Virus record (IMG/VR): IMGVR_UViG_3300037722_000118
Span: 1-31,531 of that record
Strand: one strand, 5' to 3'
Length of the DNA: 31,531 nucleotides
From: a virus
Taxonomy: Duplodnaviria > Caudoviricetes
Shown here one piece after another: positions 27,902 to 31,531 of the stretch (position 1 is the first letter of the stretch; the number at the start of each line of letters is the position of its first letter). Under the pieces are notes generated by a model. It saw only the letters and a list, made by a program, of their open reading frames with translations, did no database searches and was not told the DNA's origin. A program made the translations under genes and the position numbers.

Positions 27902-28954
27902 ATGACCATCTTCTTTGGCGCGTCGCCTACGACTGAAGAACGCAACTGGAATCATACCATCGTGGACCGCTCGGTAACGTTGCCCGCTGGCGCGACTGTC
28001 ACCGCTCTGGGAATTTACTCGACGGCCGCGAAGACCTACGATCTCAAGATCGGCTGCGAAATCAGCGCGAGCAGCTATGAGGTCTTGCTCAGCCAGAGTT
28101 TCGCGCATCCGGGCGGCGGCTGGGCCGATACCACCTTGGCCGCGCCCTTTACCGTGCCGCAGACCGGCATCCATCGTTTCATGGCTTGGTGTTCAAACAC
28201 GGCGCCGACCAATGCTTCCATCGTCGTTGCGCGCGCATCGAAACAGGGTGTCAATGTGCCGCCCGGCATAACCAGCGGCTTTTATGTCGACAGTCAATCC
28301 GCAGTGGCAATGCGTGCAATGATCGACGATAGCGCGCCGCCTCCCCCGGCGACGCCGCGCTACATCTTCATCATGTGTGGCCAGTCGAACGGCATGAACA
28401 TGGCCAATCAAGCCGGCGCCGCGTTCATCGCGCGGTTCAAGGAGTTGGTGCCGGATTGCGATGCGACGCTGATCAACGCCGCGGTCGGTGGCAGTACCAT
28501 CTCAACATGGATGCCCGGTCAGCCGCGTTTCAACAATGCCGTGTCGGTATTCAATTCGGCCCTTCAACCGCTTGATGCGGTCGCCGGCGCGTTGCTCTGG
28601 TTTCACGGCGAGAATCCGTCCTGCTATGTCGATCAGGCAATCCGTTACGATGAGAGCATGGCGGCGATTTTCGCGGCGTTCCGCGCGGAAACGCAACATT
28701 CGGTGCTGCCCGTCGCAGTGGCGGAACTTTTCATCTGCCCTGATTGGGCGGAACGACCATATTGGGACAAGGTCCAAGACAACCAGCGCCTGATCTGTGA
28801 TCCCGATTGGCGGCATTTCTTTGATGGCGCCGTACCGGTCTCGCTGGCCGATCTGCCCGGTTCGGCGGCAGACCCGCTACATCTCGGCACCGCCGAATTG
28901 CAGACAGCGGCCCGCCGCTGTGCCGAGGCGCTGACGCCGTTGTTCGTGGCCTGA
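27902..28954 (+). CDS. SGNH sialate/carbohydrate O-acetylesterase (SASA/CE6-like) with N-terminal beta domain
   Basis: GQSN nucleophile block, AVGGS, WFHGE, DPLH (DxxH); Pro linker SAPPPPATP. Confidence 0.82.
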   Translation: MTIFFGASPTTEERNWNHTIVDRSVTLPAGATVTALGIYSTAAKTYDLKIGCEISASSYEVLLSQSFAHPGGGWADTTLAAPFTVPQTGIHRFMAWCSNTAPTNASIVVARASKQGVNVPPGITSGFYVDSQSAVAMRAMIDDSAPPPPATPRYIFIMCGQSNGMNMANQAGAAFIARFKELVPDCDATLINAAVGGSTISTWMPGQPRFNNAVSVFNSALQPLDAVAGALLWFHGENPSCYVDQAIRYDESMAAIFAAFRAETQHSVLPVAVAELFICPDWAERPYWDKVQDNQRLICDPDWRHFFDGAVPVSLADLPGSAADPLHLGTAELQTAARRCAEALTPLFVA

Positions 28955-28971
28955 TTAACGGCGCGCCGGGT

Positions 28972-29082
28972 TCACCACAGCCAGCGGACCGCCAGCCCTA
29001 TCAGCCCGCTCACGAGAATGACGGCCCCAAGCAATTGGAGGATAGCGGCTAACAGAATGTCGTCCATTTCCGGGTACGGCAT
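28972..29082 (-). CDS. 36-aa single-TM peptide (not in ORF track)
   Basis: MPYPEMDDILLAAILQLLGAVILVSGLIGLAVRWLW; SD-like GAGGGG upstream on the minus strand; fits the intergenic gap. Confidence 0.55.
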   Translation of the reverse strand: MPYPEMDDILLAAILQLLGAVILVSGLIGLAVRWLW

Positions 29083-29214
29083 GGCAACCCCCTCAGGTTG
29101 ATCTGCCATCCTACCACAACCAAACGGGGCGAGTCTCGCGACCCGCCCCGCCCGCCCCCGTAGTTAGAGCTACGGGCACTTCCACACCCCTCACCTGTAA
29201 AGGAGGTGACGGCC

Positions 29215-29517
29215 ATGGCCCCTTGCAGCCCGACCGTCCTGGTCCTCTCCATGGGCCTCTGTTTTCTACCTGCCACAGCTTTCGGGCAAAATGAAGGCCA
29301 AGGCACTGCCCAACCCGTATGCGGCTTACATACCCCGATTATCCAGGCTCTAAACGAAATAGGCGAAACCACCATCGGGGTAGGGGAGATCACGGGGGGC
29401 AAGTACGCCTATGAGATCACGGTCGACCCCAAAACCGGCAACTGGACGGTCCTAATCACGAACCAGCGAGGGGTCGCCTGCCTCACGGCGGCGGGGACCA
29501 AGTGGCGGTCGCGATGA
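29215..29517 (+). CDS. Small secreted two-Cys protein
   Basis: SD AAGGAGGTG; signal peptide ending AFG; VC...L...GE...G.G...GNWTVLIT...G.AC..A.G..W. Confidence 0.7.
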   Translation: MAPCSPTVLVLSMGLCFLPATAFGQNEGQGTAQPVCGLHTPIIQALNEIGETTIGVGEITGGKYAYEITVDPKTGNWTVLITNQRGVACLTAAGTKWRSR

Positions 29518-29834
29518 TCTGCCCCTTGTGCAGCTCGCCTGTCGAATCTCGGCCGGTCCGGATCAGCCTGGACGACAACTCGATCACCATCGCCGGCATC
29601 AAGTTCAGCATGTCGCCGCAGGAAACAGAGTTCTTGACCATCCTGGACCGAAAGCGCGGGGAATTCGTCTCGACATCCGAGATCGTCGCGGCCCTGTGGG
29701 GTGGGGGGGATATCCCGGTCGGCGCCGATCAGATCATGGCCCGGTACGCGGCCGACATAAGGCGGTTTGCCGAGCCCTTCGGCGTGAAGATCGAAGGCGT
29801 TTTCGCCCGCGGCTACCGCTTGGTGGCCCGATGA
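29514..29834 (+). CDS. Winged-helix (OmpR/PhoB C-terminal type) DNA-binding protein with N-terminal CxxC
   Basis: ATGA-coupled; CPLC; SPQE..FL.IL...GEFVS..EI..ALWG...IEGVFARGYRL. Confidence 0.72.
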   Translation: MICPLCSSPVESRPVRISLDDNSITIAGIKFSMSPQETEFLTILDRKRGEFVSTSEIVAALWGGGDIPVGADQIMARYAADIRRFAEPFGVKIEGVFARGYRLVAR

Positions 29835-30175
29835 GTCCCCCTCTGAAAAGGCACGGCATGAACGACGCCAATTTTGCTGCCGTCATCCAAGCGCTTCAGG
29901 ACGCCGCCAAGGAGGACCGGGCGAATCTGCGCGCGCATATCGACGACTGCATTGAAGAGCGGAGAGAGGCCAAGCGAGATCGGCACAAGGTAGGCAACGA
30001 CGTCCTAGCACTGGGGGGCGAGCTTCATGGCCGGATCAACCGCATGGAAAGGCGGTGGGTGACGCTCCTGCTGACACTCGGCGGATCGGCGATCGTCATG
30101 CTCCTGGGAATTATCGGCTGGATGATCACCGTCACCGTCAAGGGCATCTTCCTGACCCCGATAGGTGGCGGGTGA
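29831..30175 (+). CDS. Coiled-coil protein with C-terminal TM helix (holin/XhlA-like candidate)
   Basis: ATGA-coupled at 29831; hydrophobic WVTLLLTLGGSAIVMLLGIIGWMI; upstream of the endolysin. Confidence 0.6.
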   Translation: MSPPLKRHGMNDANFAAVIQALQDAAKEDRANLRAHIDDCIEERREAKRDRHKVGNDVLALGGELHGRINRMERRWVTLLLTLGGSAIVMLLGIIGWMITVTVKGIFLTPIGGG

Positions 30176-30327
30176 CCGTCGAAATCCTGAAAGCGAAGAC
30201 CGGCTGGTACTTCCGCGTCAAAGCCAGGAACGGCCGCACGCTCTGTCATTCCGAAGTCTACAAGCGCAAGGCCAGCGCGCTCAAGACGGCCTACCTGTTC
30301 TGCTGGCCTATTCGGGACCGCTCATGA
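30172..30327 (+). CDS. YegP/DUF1508-family small protein
   Basis: GTGA-coupled; WYFRVKARNGRTLCHSEVYKRKASA. Confidence 0.72.
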   Translation: MTVEILKAKTGWYFRVKARNGRTLCHSEVYKRKASALKTAYLFCWPIRDRS

Positions 30328-30434
30328 CCGGCCACGAGAAGCGCGACGCCCGCCGTGCGCTGAAAAAGCGCGACCCGAAGGCGTGGCGGAAAATGATCGC
30401 ATACGAGCGAACGAGGAGGCGGACATGGCCCTGA
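30324..30434 (+). CDS. Small basic hypothetical peptide
   Basis: ATGA-coupled; MTGHEKRDARRALKKRDPKAWRKMIAYERTRRRTWP. Confidence 0.4.
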   Translation: MTGHEKRDARRALKKRDPKAWRKMIAYERTRRRTWP

Positions 30435-30637
30435 TCGACGAGCTGCTCGCCGACGGCGCGGACGTCAAGCGGATCATCACGGACGCCTGCGCCGCGCTGC
30501 CGCCGGCCAAGGCCGGGCCGATCGTCGAGCATGTCGTCGGCGTCGTGCGCGACCTGCGCGCCGGCGCGCTCGACGAGGACGAGGCGCGGTCCTTCCTCGG
30601 GCGCGTGCCCGCGCTGATCGCGGGGACGCATGGTTGA
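30425..30637 (+). CDS. Hypothetical helical protein
   Basis: SD GAGGAGG, ATG 30425; overlaps the endolysin start. Confidence 0.6.
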   Translation: MALIDELLADGADVKRIITDACAALPPAKAGPIVEHVVGVVRDLRAGALDEDEARSFLGRVPALIAGTHG

Positions 30638-31157
30638 CGCGGCGCTGCTCACCACGATAGCCGGCGACGCCCGATCGCTCGCCGAGCCTCTAGCCCTCGC
30701 CATGAGCCAGTGGTGGCCGGTCTACGAGATCAACACCGTCGACCGGCAGGCAATATTCCTGGCGCAGGCTTGCCATGAGACGGCCGGCTTCAAGACGCTC
30801 GAGGAATATGGCGGGCCCGCCTATTTCGCCCGCTATGACGGCCGCGCTGACTTGGGCAATGTCGAGCCCGGCGACGGCGCGCGCTATCACGGCCGCGGCA
30901 TCTTCCAGCTCACCGGACGGGCCAATTACCGCGGCGCCGGCACGCGCCTCAAGCTCGACCTCGAGGTCGATCCCGAGCTCGCGGCCGATCCCGACACGTC
31001 GGTCCTGATCGCCTGCGACTACTGGAAAACCCGAGGGCTGGAAGTGCTCGCCGACAAGCGGGACTTCCTGACGATCACCAGGCGGATCAACGGCGGGCTA
31101 AACGGCTGGGAAGATCGCTTCCGGTATTGGGGGCGGGCGTGGAAGGCGCTGAGGTAG
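30630..31157 (+). CDS. Endolysin, glycoside hydrolase family 19
   Basis: FLAQACHETAGF..LEE, LGN...GDG.RY.GRG..QLTGR.NY, TRRINGG.NG..DR. Confidence 0.93.
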   Translation: MVDAALLTTIAGDARSLAEPLALAMSQWWPVYEINTVDRQAIFLAQACHETAGFKTLEEYGGPAYFARYDGRADLGNVEPGDGARYHGRGIFQLTGRANYRGAGTRLKLDLEVDPELAADPDTSVLIACDYWKTRGLEVLADKRDFLTITRRINGGLNGWEDRFRYWGRAWKALR

Positions 31158-31422
31158 ATGCCCTGGCGAGGGAGTCCGTCAGCCCTCCTATCCCGATCCG
31201 GCACGGGCGCACCACCTGCGTGTCTACGTAATTCCACGCCGCTCGCCAGGTTCCCTCAAATATCGCATTTCCCCACGTTCGGGGCAAGCCCGCGCCATGC
31301 ATTCGGCGCCGCCGCCGGCCCATTGAAATTTAAGGATATTCCCAAGTTTCTCGCGCAGTTCGGCGCCGCCGACATCCACCCGCGCCCGGCGGCACCGGGC
31401 ATAGCACGAAGGAGAAGTACGC

Positions 31423-31531
31423 ATGTTGACCGTGAAACTGATTCGTTGCAATGGGCAGGAATCGATTTGCGAGGCCGATGAGGTCGTTGCCGAACCGACT
31501 GGCATTGAAAGCCAGCATACGGTTTTTGCTC
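31423..31531 (+). CDS. 3'-truncated hypothetical protein
   Basis: SD AAGGAG; MLTVKLIRCNGQESICEADEV... open to the window end. Confidence 0.55.
   Translation, partial: MLTVKLIRCNGQESICEADEVVAEPTGIESQHTVFA

Noticed and set aside
26484-29200. Diversity-generating retroelement, considered because of the BPP-1-like head module
   Set aside because: No reverse transcriptase and no template/variable repeat pair seen near the fibre genes in this window
31158-31481. 107-aa ORF after the endolysin
   Set aside because: No recognisable motif, and it overlaps a better-supported ORF at 31423 that has a strong SD

Overview
Late (morphogenesis plus lysis) region of a GC-rich podovirus-type phage or prophage with T7/BPP-1-like head-tail gene order. 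An alphaproteobacterial host is inferred from protein family resemblance. Almost all genes are on the + strand and many are linked by overlapping stop/start codons. Order: small Ser/Thr-rich probable virion accessory proteins; a sugar-modification cluster (nucleotidyltransferase, radical SAM/SPASM, PP-loop N-acetyl-sugar amidotransferase, UDP-glucuronate decarboxylase-like SDR, GT2, and a possible Maf/sialyltransferase-fold protein); terS, terL, portal, scaffold, a second radical SAM, major capsid, probable decoration protein, tail tubular A and B, three internal virion proteins, SNase-family nuclease, tail fibre, SGNH O-acetylesterase; small genes; GH19 endolysin. Main hypothesis: a phage-encoded virion O-glycosylation system, because the dipeptide Ser-Thr is concentrated in predicted exterior virion proteins and nearly absent from internal ones. 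A structured capsid-gene leader with three GGAYAACC motifs and an unannotated antisense membrane peptide are also notable. All calls come from motif recognition and hand counts; no database searches were run.
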